Assembly (NCBI GenBank): GCA_030704615.1
Contig: CM060731.1
Span: 48,546,001 to 48,610,000 of the forward strand
Direction of reading: 5' to 3'
Source: Takakia lepidozioides
Lineage: Eukaryota > Plantae > Bryophyta
Length of the DNA: 64,000 bases
Position numbers and translations under genes: made by a program. The notes beneath the pieces are model-generated. The model saw only the letters and a program-made list of their open reading frames with translations, was not told where the DNA came from and ran no database searches. This document shows positions 12,962-25,123 of this stretch, in pieces (position 1 is the first letter of the stretch; every line of letters starts with the position of its first letter).

Positions 12962-13030
12962 GGGCCCTGGCCTGGTGGTAAGCCACTCGTGTATTGGCCA
13001 GTGGGTCTGGGGGTTCAAAGCGATTCAACC
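12962..13030 (+). mobile_element. tRNA-derived SINE-like head
   Basis: A-box-like TGGCCTGGTGG and B-box-like GGTTCAAAGC at tRNA-like spacing; no cloverleaf found. Confidence 0.4.
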
Positions 13031-13329
13031 CTGTCAGATGTCATCCTTATCCCTTTAGGCTAGGGGCTCTGCCCCGTAGTTTACAACTATTGTTTTAGCC
13101 AAACGCGCAACTAATTAATTTTCTATTTACTTGGACATTCTCAATGTTGTGCATCTAATCCCCCCAAACCATTGTAAACTTATTGTTACTAGTAATACAT
13201 AACATTCCACTCAGGATCTGTCCATATGTAATGTTTTTACCTACCATCTTGTATTATCTAGAACCGCCTCTACGCTATCCACATTTGCTCTGGATCTTGC
13301 TCGGGGTATAACTCCCTTACAATCACAAC

Positions 13330-13450
13330 GTCGGTTCTCTAGCTGGTTAGCTCGATGGTTTTTGCTGGTTCCTTCCCTGCGGGGGCATATGCATAACCGG
13401 CAAATAACCGCCGGATATGGATAACCAGATGCCATACCCGGGCAACACTG
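13330..13450 (+). mobile_element. Orphan right end of a hAT-type MITE
   Basis: AACCG/CGGTT-rich subterminal sequence ending CAACACTG, as in the complete MITE at 32245-32885. Confidence 0.55.
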
Positions 13451-13609
13451 GTACATACTACATGCTCTGCTTCTTTACAGATGTGATTAGTGAGTTGGAA
13501 AGTCACTAAGAACATTCTCCAATGCATTGTCATTTAAGGGTTGGGCTTAACCAGGTTGGCAAGTGATAAAAGAGGCCCAGGGTATGCTTTGACTTGCTTC
13601 CCGAGAGAC

Positions 13610-13930
13610 ATGTCTGCAAATGAGAGAACTGAAGAGTTTGTCCCTCCTGCTCTACCCCATCTGATCTCCATGGTTCGAAGCCAAGTGCAATCTCCAACCA
13701 CAGGTGCATTCAATCATATTGTCTTACAATGGCGTTACCAATGGCATGGAATCCCTGACGGAAACGAAGTGGCCTACGTTCCAAGGAGTCGTGTCAATGA
13801 TTTCATCATTGGGAGTCATCCCGTGTCGATGGACCATGCACTTTCCACAAACATTGCCAAAGAGGGTGTGCATAGGGATCCCTCTTTGCTCCACGCACCA
13901 ACAACGCCCTGTGTATTACAAGGTACAACG
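13610..13930 (+). pseudogene. N-terminal fragment of the same SWIM / Mutator-related family as 5129-5619
   Basis: VQSPTTGAFNHIVLQW...EVAYVPRSRVNDFIIG resembles the family N-terminal block (VQxP..F...L.W...VAxIPxxRVxxFIxG). Confidence 0.6.
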
Positions 13931-13989
13931 ATAAAGGAAACTCTTACACAACTGTTTTACTGGATCCATTTTAGGTGTTTCTACCTTAC

Positions 13990-14182
13990 CATGGAACCGG
14001 CATTTTTAAAGATGGCATAACCGTAAGAATGAGAACTGGACAAAAAAAAAATTCATGTATTTAATGAGAACCTGTAACCGAGATGTTTTTCAAACCTCTT
14101 GGTATACCCTGCCCAATTTTTTCAAAGAGTAGGCCATAACTGGGACCGGAAGATGGTGCTCAAAACTACTCGGCCAACACTG
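13990..14182 (+). mobile_element. Orphan right end of a hAT-type MITE
   Basis: GAACCGG/GAGAAC motifs, terminating CCAACACTG. Confidence 0.5.
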
Positions 14183-14329
14183 GTATGTACCTCCTCAATA
14201 TTGATTGATTAGCATTACTTCAGTAATAGATTGTATCAAGCATTGAATGTTAAACAACTCACCTAACTTAACTGGTTGTGGGCTTCCTTCACTTCATCTC
14301 CTCTCATTTGGGTTCTTGAGAAAAGATAC

Positions 14330-14877
14330 ATGAACTTTACAGATGTTCTGGCAGGTGTTGCCATGTTTTTGCCTTCTTCAGTTCAGTGACTAAAGACTCG
14401 CTTCAAAAGATCACAAACCACCTATACATCACAATAAAACAAGGGAGCACGATAAAACGTACCGTGGAGTAACTAAATATGCAGCCAGGATAGGTGCATT
14501 GGAACAAGGGCAGTTTCTCATCATGCTTAAGAAGGTGCTGCTTGAACTGTTTCTTCGACATGGATGTCCCACAGATGTCACATACTACCTAGCTATGTGA
14601 AACTCTTATGTGAGCTCTCAGTTTTCGAGGCATTGAAATATCTCTCCACAACCAGGCTCCATACATGCTACTGCTTTGTACTCAAAGGGCACCACTCCTG
14701 TCACAATACAACCTCCACAATTAGTAAAGTAACAAAGGCTATTCTGCAGTTGGTCACAATCTCTACAGCAAACCTGCACAATTAGCGACATAACTAAGGC
14801 TACTGTACGGAGTAAACAGGTGAGTTCTGTAATAATAGCCTGTTACTATCCAGCAACAACTAAAGACCCTGTAGTCC
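14330..14877 (-). pseudogene. Duplicated ~550 bp TFIIIA fragment (one exon, 14463-14697, plus flanking introns)
   Basis: Closely matches ~53555-54115 in the same orientation. The exon copy has TAT>TAG and a 1-bp deletion relative to the intact exon. Confidence 0.95.
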
Positions 14878-17054
14878 CATCATTTTCCTCACCTTTGCAG
14901 CATCATCCCAGCTGCAGCTGCAGCATAGATGTTTGACAGCAAAACGTAAGTTGGCGCATCCTATTGATCCCACTTGAGAATAGATGTTGCCACACGTTCT
15001 GCCATCTCTACATTGCCATGAATTCTGCAGGCACCAAGCAAGGCCTTCCACACCACAGCATCTGGTTTGATTGGCATTTTGTTAATGAAGTCCTCTGCCT
15101 CATCCAACTGCCCAGCACGGCCAAGAAGGTCCACCATGCAGCCAAAGTGCTTTACTGTTGGAGTGACGTCTTGACTCAGGGAATCAAAGTAGTGTCTGCC
15201 TTCATCCACTAGGCCAACATGGTTACATGCAGAGAGAACACATATAAAAGTGATACCGTCTAGCTTCAAGCCTTCCTTTTGCATTCCCTCAAAAAGTTGC
15301 AGAGCCTCCCTATGATAACCATGCCGGGCATATCCTGCAATCATTGCATTCCATGACACCACATCTCGTTCAGCCATATTGTCGAACACTTCCTTTGCAT
15401 CCTTCATGCTCCCGCATTTGGCATACATGTCCATGATCGTATTGTTCAGAACCATATTTGGTACAATTCCAGCTTTGACAATGTCACCATGGACCTCTTT
15501 GCCCTTTTCCAGGGCTGCCAGGCTGGCACATGCATTGCAAACGTTAACAAACGTGACCTCATTGGGTGTCACCCCTTCCCGCAACATTTGCTCATAGGTC
15601 GCCAAAGCCTCCACCCCAGGCCCATGTTGGGCATATCCTCCAATCATCACATTCCAGGACACCACATCTCGTTCAGCCATATTGTTGAAGACTCCCTTTG
15701 CATCCTCAAAGCTCCCACATTTGGCATACATGTCCACCAGGGCAGTGCCTAGAATAAGCTCTGGTACAATTCCAGCTCTCATGATATCACCATGGACCTC
15801 TTTGCCCTTTTCCAGGACTGCCAGACTGGCACATGCATTGCAAACACAAACAAATGTGACCTGGTTGGGTTTCACCCCTTCCCACATCATTTGCTCATAT
15901 GTCTCCAAAGCATCCTTGATGCTCCCACATTTGGTATACATGTCCACTAGGGCAGTGCCTAGAATGACATCTGGTACAATTCCAGCTTTCATGATGTCAC
16001 AATGGACCTCTTTGCCCTTTTCCAAGGCTGCCAGGCTGGCACACGCATTGCACACGCAAACGAATGTGACGCGGTTGTGCTTCACGCCTTCCTGCATCAT
16101 TTGCTCATAGGTCTCCAAAGCCTCCGTCCCACAGGCATGCAGGGTATATCCAGCCACCATCGCATTCCAGGAGACCACATCTCGTTCAGCCATATTGTTG
16201 AACACTTCCTTTGCATCCTTGATGCTCCTGCATTTGGCATACATGTGTACGAGTGTATTGTTCAGAACTGTATTTGGTACAATTCCGGCTTTCAGAATTT
16301 GACCATGAACCTCCTTGCCCTTCTCCAGGCTGGCACACGCATTGCAAACGCAAACGAACGTGATCTGGTTGGGTGTCCACCCCTCCCGCATCATTTTCTC
16401 ATAGGTTTCCAAAGCCTCCTCCGCCAACCCATGCTGGGCATATCCTGCAATCATTGTATTCCATGACACCACATCTCGTTCAGCCATATTGTCGAACACT
16501 TTCTTTGCATCCTTCATGCTCCCACATTTGGCATACATGTCCACAAAGGTATTGTTCAGAATCAAATTTGGAACAAGTCCAGTTTTCATGACGTCACCAT
16601 GGACCTCTTTGCCCTTTTCCAGGGCTGCAAGGCTGGCACACGCATCGCAAACACTAACAAACGTGACCTGGTTGGGCTTCACCCCCTCCCACATCATTTG
16701 CTCATAGGTCTCCAAAGCGTCAGGCAATTTGTTGAACACTAGGTGTGCATCCACAATGCTCCCACATTTTATATACATGTTAACAAGGGTGTTCTGTAGA
16801 AACAGGTTTGGCTTGACTCCACTTAGGAAAATGTGAGGATGCACCTTCTTTCCTGCTGCTAGGCCTTTCATCTTGATGCACTTTTGCAAGAGACAGACAT
16901 AGGTATCTGAATCTACTGAACTGCCTCCTTGGTTCAAGATTTGCAGAGGCGCTTTCAGGCATCCTGCCTCACATCGCATCCTTACATGCCCAGAACCGCC
17001 TGCAGAAATCTTCTGGCCTCCCTCTCTCAGTCCTCTTCCAGAAGCAGTGGTCAT
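14861..17054 (-). pseudogene. PLS-class PPR protein with a damaged E extension and no DYW domain; probable pseudogene (ORF 14961-17054)
   Basis: Repeated P-L-S triplets (DVVSWNAMIAGYAQHG / PNQVTFVCVCNACASLAALEKGKEVH / NTLVDMYAKCGSMKDAKEVFDNM) followed by an E motif. A stop after KWDQ is followed by DAPTYVLLSNIYAA and a frameshift to WDDAAKVRKMM; there is also an upstream in-frame stop at 17067-17069. Confidence 0.9.
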
Positions 17055-17179
17055 AGCACAGGTGCTTCATTTTATCAACTGTGCTGCCCCTGCTGCTTCC
17101 AGTTGACTGTCTAACCATGCAGGTTTCTTGCAGCTATGAATCCACAGCGGCTCATTGGTACTCTTTTGCTTGAAATCCA

Positions 17180-18162
17180 GCCGCCTATGGTGGATTGGGA
17201 CCCACACTCGGCGAAGGGATTGCGGCCAATTGCCCGGAGTCGGTGAAGCATCCAAAATATGGTTGCGAACCAACAGGCTCTAGGGAGCAGACAAATTCGT
17301 GAGCACCCTCGGAACCCATTTTGCCAGGCCGAGGGAGGTTATCTGCGCAAACGGATCAACGATGCCCCAACCTCCATGCTTTCTCTTCTGAGTAATATGG
17401 GCCCAGCTAACAAGAGCTCTACGATTGGGCTAGAAGGGTGTTCCCCCCAGATGAAGTTTCTAGCCAGAGCCTTAATCTGGTTAACTATGGTGGAGCCAGG
17501 GAACCACACCGCTGCAGAAAACCAACAAGAAGCCAAGAGAACCTGATTCGTCACTAAAGCTCTCCCTACAATGGAAAGGGTTAGAGAACTCCAATAGGCA
17601 AATTTTCTCCTTAGCTTAAGAATGACTGCTTCGCACCGCTGCTGGTCAGTGAAACCGAGCCCTATCAAATGCCCCAACAAGGTATGCGCCTGACCCTCCT
17701 GGAGCCAACGCAAACCGAACTCATGCCGCCATAGAGCAATGTGCGAGGTCAAGGAATTAGGTCGGAGCTTGGATAGGATACCGACTGACTTCGGCCAATT
17801 AATCTTGAGCCCAGACGCTCAGCAAAACAAGTGAAGAGTCTGGAGGGAAGACAATATATTACTGACAGAAGAGTTATCCAAGAAAAGAACGGTATCGTCA
17901 GCATAAAGAGAATTCTTAATACTAGCAGGCTCGGGCAACGAGGTATTTTCAAACCTTGAATTTGCTGACGAGAATCAAACAAGTGCCCCAGGCAGCCGCT
18001 GCCAGGATGAAGAGAAAAGGAGATAAGGGGCATCCCTGCCTCACTCCTGCCTCACTGAGCGATGCAATCGGAAAGCAGATGAAGGGACCCCGTAGGATTT
18101 TAACCCAGGCCAAAAAATTGTCAGAGAGACCCAGTTTTTCCAGAGCCCCCAAAACGAACGAT
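17180..18162 (-). mobile_element. L1/Tx1-type LINE RT, downstream part (degenerate)
   Basis: SFVLGALEKLGL..WVKIL, GVRQGCPLSPFLF, LSIVGRALVTNQVL..W..A, RNFIWG. Confidence 0.85.
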
Positions 18163-21100
18163 ACCCTACCTCCCGAGCAATAGATGTCACCGCATCGCGA
18201 ACCATATCATGAGACGCAGTACGCTCACTACCACATGGACAGCGGAGGAGATGGATGGCAAGGTCATCGATGGGCTGAAGACAGACGCAGGGTTGAAGGC
18301 CCAATGCCGAAGGATGAGGCAAACCGAAGGCAGAGCGCAGTAGTGAAAATAGGGGATGAGAGGCGAAAATGTGCGATAGTGGGTCGTGCTGTCAACCTGC
18401 GCATGATAGAAGTCAGACTCGATGCAACTCAGAAGAAGCACTTGAGAGCATGCCCGAAAAGGAATGATGGTGCACGCGCTCGGAAATGGACTCCTGAAGA
18501 TGGTCGAGGCCTTCAACAACCAACTGCTCAAATGGTGGTAGACATGCTCACGCCGGTGCCGGAAGAAGATCTCGTGCAGAGCGGAGATGCTGCTGGAAGG
18601 GTACTGTCGACATGTGCAACGGCGTCCATAAGGATGGGACGATGGTCACAGAGAAATCGTGAAGCGAGGGCTGGCGCCACCAATGCCCAACTGCCGAGGA
18701 AAGCTGACGGGGCGGTAGTGACAGTGGACAAAAGACCCACACCACCGGAAGAGACGGACAAGGTGGTTTGCTGTCGTGGCAAAAGTCCCTGAGCACCCTC
18801 CAGAGCTCCTGGTCCTAACAATCTCCCGAAGATAGTCATCATGGTAGTATCAAACCCAGATAAGAGGTGTAGGAAATCTGGGCTGGGTGGAACAGTGCGC
18901 AAGAGATATGAGGGACGCTGAAGGAAACATTTGGTCAAGATTCCATATGCTGCCTGTACATCTCCGAGCCTAGGAAGGAGATCGGCGTGGGTGGCATCCT
19001 GATGGAGTGCATCTTCCAAGAAGGACGTTGTGAACTGGGTGGTGCCAAAAGGGACTCCCAGGATTCTGATGCCATTGGGCGGAGCAATGAAGTGAGCAGG
19101 GAGGACAAAATCTGCAAGGAGACCGGACGGAGACCACACCGCACATTTGCGAGGTTGCACTGAAAGGCCCAGGCAGAGAGTTGGGTGACAAAATGATAGT
19201 AAGCTGAAAGTACTTGTGAGGCAGGGCCTACAATGTGCGTGTCGTCTGCCATCAACGGAAAAAGACAAGATGAGTGAACTTGTGCAGAAGCCGTGAGGGC
19301 GCGGACATGAGCCATGGCAAACAAAGGTCCTCCTAAAGGGTCGCCTTGGCGGGTCCCAACCTCGGACTGAATGATGGAGCACTCACCTAGGCGAGAATGA
19401 TGACTGTAGTATAGGGGAGTGGTGGATGCATAGAATAATCGAACAAACGGAATGAGCTGGTGGAAATCTCCTCCGGCTGAACGGAGCTCCTGAAAGATAG
19501 CCGCTCGTGACACAGTGTTGAAAGCGTTGAACCACCCAATCCGGATGAAGATCAAGAGCTGCATGAATCCCCTGAACCACCGCCTCGCAAACGTCTGGAG
19601 TGGCGATCCCGAACTGGTGCGGAAAGAGGTGTCCGGAGAAGGCATCTCGAAACTGAACACAAAGTGAGCGGCTGACAAGGCGGTAAAGAACCTCTCCAAC
19701 TGCGATAGGGCGGATGCCAGTACCTGAGGGTTTGCTCATAGCCAACAATCTGGAGGCCCCAAGGAGACGGGCCACTGGGGCAGGGATACGGCCAGCAGCA
19801 ATAAAGGAGCAAATCTGAAATAGCTGAGAGAAGCCACTAGCAGAGTCCTGTGGAGAGAAACAGTCGCGTAAGTGCTCATACAAGAGACCGGAAGGACCTA
19901 CCGCTGCAAGATGGGGACTGCGCGTGAAGGCCTGAGTGAAGACCTCCCGATCTAGCTTGAGATCTTGGTTTGGCTCGAAGTCCTCAACAAAAAGCGGCAG
20001 AATATCCTGAGCTGATGGGTGAAGAGCTTCGAGGGTAGTGACAGTATCCGGTGGAGGCGGTGGTGAGGAAGGTGCTAAAGCTTTGGGCGCGCGTGAGTAC
20101 TCGCCAACGCGGCCTAACATGAGACAATGACGAAGTCGCCTGTGGGCCGATGAGGGTGGCTGCGTGGAGGTGGAGGAGTGGGAGGGGCGCGTGCCGCAAG
20201 GGCTAGTGCCCATAATGATGCTCATCTTGCAGACTCTCCCAATCTCCAGATAAAAAACGGCGAAGACGGATGCGCGTCTTTCTGTGCCCTGACTGACCGC
20301 CACGAGGGGGCAAAACCAACACCACTGAGGAAATAACAAGAAAAGATACATGCTGGTATATCATCAGGATCACGAGCCAGCCTGTCTAAGGGTAGACGGA
20401 GTGGTGCCAGTTGGACCTCATGACGTAGTGTCACCGGAATTCTTGTATAAAGACAAGGCCTTGGCAGTCCTAGCTGAAATGCGCCCAGAACATCTAGCGC
20501 TGAAAGCCAATGCCAAGCAGAGGCAGGAGGTGGCGCGTGCAAGACACTGGACTGAAATGGAGAAGTACCATTTGTGTGGGACTGATGAAGAGCCACACAC
20601 GTGCGCTGGTGTCGCGCAAGCCCTCTGATGCGCGTAAAAAGACGACCGCAAGCTGGGCATGGGGTACGGTCGGATGGGAGAGGCGCCTGCTGTTGGGGTA
20701 AGAGTGATGGGGTCGGCAATGCAGGCTGCACAATTGGAGAAGAAGGCACGTGGAGAGGCTCATGACCAAGAGGAGTTGGGCTGCCTTGAAGTTGCTGCCG
20801 AGAATGGGATGGAGAACCTGGAGGAGAAGTGACTGGCGTGGGACCTCGAACCCTACCTGAGAGGCGCAGTGGGGGAGATGACGACTCTTCTTGAACTTGG
20901 TGTCTGGAGCTTGGACTCTGGTGCGCATCAGGAACATGTGAGCTAGGGGTAGGGGTACGTTGGCATTGGGGTCTTCCAAGAGGAGCAGGTCTTCCAGTAG
21001 GAGCAGTTGCGGCTGTGCTCAGCACCTCTCGTTGCTCTGGGGAGCGAACTGCCGGGGATGGTGGAGTAGGCAGTAAAGGGGTTGTGGTGAGGGCTGGAGT

Positions 21101-21295
21101 TGGCTGCCTGTACGGCGTCGGGGCTGAACGAGCTGGGGGACGAGCCGATCGAGGCCGCCTGACCGGCGTGGGGCCCACTGTTGCACAACGGCCGCTTGCT
21201 CGCTTAGCGCTGCTACCGCTGTCGCTACTGCCAACACCTCCACTAAGTTGGCGGCGCTGCAGGCCTTGCCGAGGTCTGGCGGCGACGCCGCTCAT
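18163..21295 (-). mobile_element. CRE-like (RLE-type) non-LTR retrotransposon, degenerate, nested in the L1 element
   Basis: Pro-rich N-terminus; zinc finger CPACGRLFTRIRGLARHQRTC; RT motifs GIRPIAVGEVLYRL, QFGIA, NAFNTVSR, GTRQGDPLGGPLF, MADD, GIRILGVPFG; C-terminal CVC...HLLRC..G.ER..HD.VRD. Confidence 0.85.
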
Positions 21296-21990
21296 CGTAC
21301 TTCTCGTGTCCAGCTTCACGGCATCAACTATTTTCTACTGTATATCCCCGTACTGGCAAGCGTGGTGTAAGGCCTCGATGGAAAGCAAGATGTTATCCAA
21401 AATCATTATATGTCTCATGAAGCCAGTTTGCTCAGGGCGCACCAACCTGTATAGACAGGGCTGAAGCCTTAAAGCAAGAGCTTTAACTATGATTTTATAA
21501 GTGGAGTTGAGGAGGGTAATAGGTCTATAGTTAGCCCTGTCCCTTTTTTTGAAGATCAACGCTATGACCCCTTGAGAGATTCGATGCATTTAACTAGGAT
21601 GTCATTGGCCATAAGCACAAAATCAACCCCGACTACATTCCAGAGGGATTTGAAGAATTCTACAGGACCGTCTAACCCCGGGGACTTGGAGGAGGCCAGG
21701 GCTTCAGTCGCCTCCATGAGCTCTGATTCCATAAAGGGAGCGTTAAGAGAGAAGAGAGAGTCATCCGTAGAGAGAAATAGTGGGAACAGAATTGAAAATC
21801 TGGAGTCTATGGGCTGCCGAGTCTATCGACGAGGGCGGACGAGCAAACAGATTTGTGAAATAATGAGTTGCCACCTCCGCCATAGACTTGGGGTTCGATT
21901 GTAAACATCACGAAGAGAACAAATGGAGGTCGCCAGGATGGCAAGGTTGAAGGAGGCAAAATATTTGTGATGGGTGGCAGCTTGGATAGC
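21296..21990 (-). mobile_element. L1/Tx1-type LINE RT, upstream part (continues at 18162)
   Basis: KSPG.DG, NYRPITLLNSTYKIIVKALALRL, EQTGF, ILDNIL, ending at VKLD..EK.YD. Confidence 0.85.
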
Positions 21991-22059
21991 ACCTCTGTCA
22001 TCGCCAACACTGTTAGAACCATAGATTTGTATTTTACTATTTAATCAATTAAAGAAGTG

Positions 22060-24615
22060 TTGTAGGGATGGAATCTCTATGGATCACAACAATGGACATT
22101 CGAAAATTTGTCATCAAAAAGCCAATAGATGATAGCCCTATCCCTACTCTCAGAAGAAAGATCGAGGAATACTTTCATGTACATCTCCCAGAGTTTTCAC
22201 TTTCAAGCTCTGTTCCAATCTCATGGGCTTCCTACATTGAGGCATACCCTGGTCTAAGTGACGGCCCCCCTCCACACAGGTTCTGGCCCTCATAAATGTG
22301 GAGCACCTATGCTCTAATCTGCCCCCCCCTCTCTGACATTTGGGTCCGTGAGAAGAGTAGTTCGGATCCCTGGTGCACACAACAGACTCAGTTTCGAACA
22401 AAGGATACGCTTCACAACGGTTTTGCAATGCTCTTTGCTCTGCTGGAGTCGGAGGAGGGCAAGCAATCCACCATGCAGAGAATCACAGCCAGTCTCTCGG
22501 AGGACTCGGTGGAGTCGGCCCAAGAATCCCTGGTGGCCATCAAATTAGGGGGGAGGTAGGAAGCTGCCAAGGGTAAAACTAAGCTCAATCGTGCCTCACC
22601 TATCCTCAAGTTGCCTTTTCACCCAAGACAACCAGCCAACATGGAGGCTCGGGAACTCCCCAATCCACTCATTGTCTTCATCTTCTCCAGGAAAACTAGA
22701 GATTTGCAAAGATGCATGGTACTATGCAGGAAGCCTGTCAACAAAAAAGGGAAGAAAACCAAAACCCTGCCATCACTCTGGTGGAGTCCCCAACTATGCA
22801 CTTGGCTCCAAATGAGAACCAAGCAACCCAGTCACTGTCAAACCTTCAGACGCAAACCATTGTAGCCTCCATTGGTCTATTTGTGGAGCCAACTCCCAGT
22901 CTGGCTCCAGCAGAATTAACTTTGGCCTGCACAAAACAATTCAAACCTATACCTGCATCTTCCATCCATACCCAGGCATGGGTGTTATTCATCCAACTCA
23001 TGTCGCCCCATCGTAAGCTCCCAAAAAACTGGTATTGGAATGTTCATTACTTCCTTTAGATAGGCGAGCAAGATTCTCACTCTTTCCTCAAGGCCATCAA
23101 ATAAGAGTCCAACTCTTGGCCCACCCTTCCCCTCAAATTCTAGTTAAAATCCACTCGTGGAATATCAGAGGGATTGGTTCCCTCTGAAACTTAAACTTAA
23201 AACCTGGCTTTCCCCATTGTTAAATCAAGAAACTATTATCCTGTTACAAGAACATAAACTTGACTTGGCCAAAATTTCCTCCTTGGGGGATCAACTCTGG
23301 CCTGCAGCCCATAGCTTTTGGAAACCAACCATAGAAGGATCAAGAGGAGGAACACCGATCCTTCTTTCTCCCTCAATAGCTGCCCTGATCCAAAAAGAGG
23401 AGATGTGGTTCCAAGGCAGAGCTCAATTCATCTCTATCATACTTCCCAATGTTGCGGGAACAATAGGCATTGTCAATTTGTACGCCCCAAACTCTTCAGT
23501 TGAGGGCAAACCTACACACAAAAATGGAGACCGAGCTCTCAGTGGAGCACTAGTTACTGATGGGTGACCTCAACATGGTCGAGAATGTAAAAGACAGGTT
23601 TGGAGCTGCTGCCCAGGGTCTGGGAGACGGTGAGGCCACATCATGGCAAAGAATTAGAAACAACTTCTCACTGTCTGAACCCTCCAAAGGTAGAGCTGCC
23701 GGCAACCATCCGTGTTTTACGTGGACACAACAGGGCAGGTGCTGATATCTGTATGGCCAGGCTAGACAGGCTTTACATCTCGCTAAGGCTACCCCCCTGG
23801 GCGGAAATGCTTCCTCAAGAGCCTATTTTCCAAGAGTTCAACCATGCATGCATTTCCTGTCAAATCAATCTCCCAAACCTGCCAAAAAGAGGCAAAGGAT
23901 GGTTCAGACTAAATACATCCCTGCTGCAATATCCAGCCTTTAAACTAGCACTTGAATCCGCTTGGGCCTCCACAACCAATGAAGTACTCTGCCAAACTCA
24001 AACAAACAACCATCACAGCTCAAACCCTCAGTACCCAGATAGCCATCCAGAGGAAGCGCAAAGTACTTGCTCTCAAGAAATGTCTTGGAACATGCCAAAG
24101 GCTCCTAGAACTTGGGAAACTAGATACATTATCGCTGCAAACATATCATGAAGCCAAGCGGAACCTTGAAGCCTTTGATTCTATGAGGGAGCAAAAGTTT
24201 AAAATTGCAGGCTGATATCAACTGGGCTTCAAAGGGGGAAAGAATGTCAAAATATTTCTTCGAGAAAGTCCAAGTTCGTAGAACCTCCCAGATTATCTCA
24301 GAGCTGCAAGACCCATTAGGTCACTCTTCCTCGGATCCCAAACAACTGGTTTCAACGGCGCACTCTCACTTTGTAGGGCTCTTCAAACAAAGACCAGACT
24401 CGCAAAGCATTACTGTGGCCAGAGAAATATGCCTGCGCAATCATCAAACCAAGCTCACCCAATCAAGCGCAGCCTCTGTGGCTGGGGAGTTCACTGAAAC
24501 TGAGCTCTCGAAAGCCTTGAAATTTATGTCCAAACGCAAATCTCCAGGCATAGACGGTATGCCTGTTGAATTTTACAGTGCCCTCTGGCAGGTATTATCC
24601 AAGGACTTGCCATTC
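22060..24615 (+). mobile_element. L1-type LINE, degenerate: possible ORF1 remnant, APE endonuclease and start of RT
   Basis: WNIRG, LQEHK, VNLYAPN, MGDLN, RLDRLY, FRLNTSLL, W..KGER.SKYFF and KSPGIDGMPVEFY across frameshifted ORFs. Confidence 0.85.
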
Positions 24616-25123
24616 AAGGGAAAAAGAAAAAAGAAGGGCTAAAAGGGCCTAGCACAAGTTGCTTGGTTGCATTAATTTGCCATGAAAGGAAAAAGAGAGA
24701 GAGAGGGAGGGCTAAAGGCCCTAGCACAAGCTTCTCGGCTGCATAATTTTGCCATGAAAGGACCAAAAAAAAAGATGGAGGGCTAACCTCCACGGAGGTT
24801 GTGCTGACTGCGCAGCTCCCTCCCCCGTACTCGTACCCGGCTGCTCCCTCCCCCCCGGCGCTGGTGCACTGCTCCACAACCAAACCCAAAAAATAAAATA
24901 AAATAAATAAAAAAATCCCTAGTGCGGGAACCGGATCCGGAACCGCCACTGACCCCCCAGTTCCAGTTCCAAGCCAGTTCCTGGAAAAACCCGCACCCGC
25001 CGGTTCTGGTTCTGGAACCGGCTCGTCCCTGCTCCCCCGGTTCCGGTTCCAATACCGGTTCCCAGGAACCAAAACCGGAACCGCCGGTTTCAACCCGCCT
25101 AAGTGGGTACCCGCACAACACTG
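24616..25123 (+). mobile_element. hAT-type MITE, right part, with an internal ~75 bp direct repeat
   Basis: Dense GGAACCGG/CCGGTTCC subterminal repeats; ends CAACACTG. Confidence 0.65.

Noticed and set aside
14964-16707. Plus-strand repeated ORFs over the PPR gene
   Set aside because: Antisense shadows of the PPR repeats.
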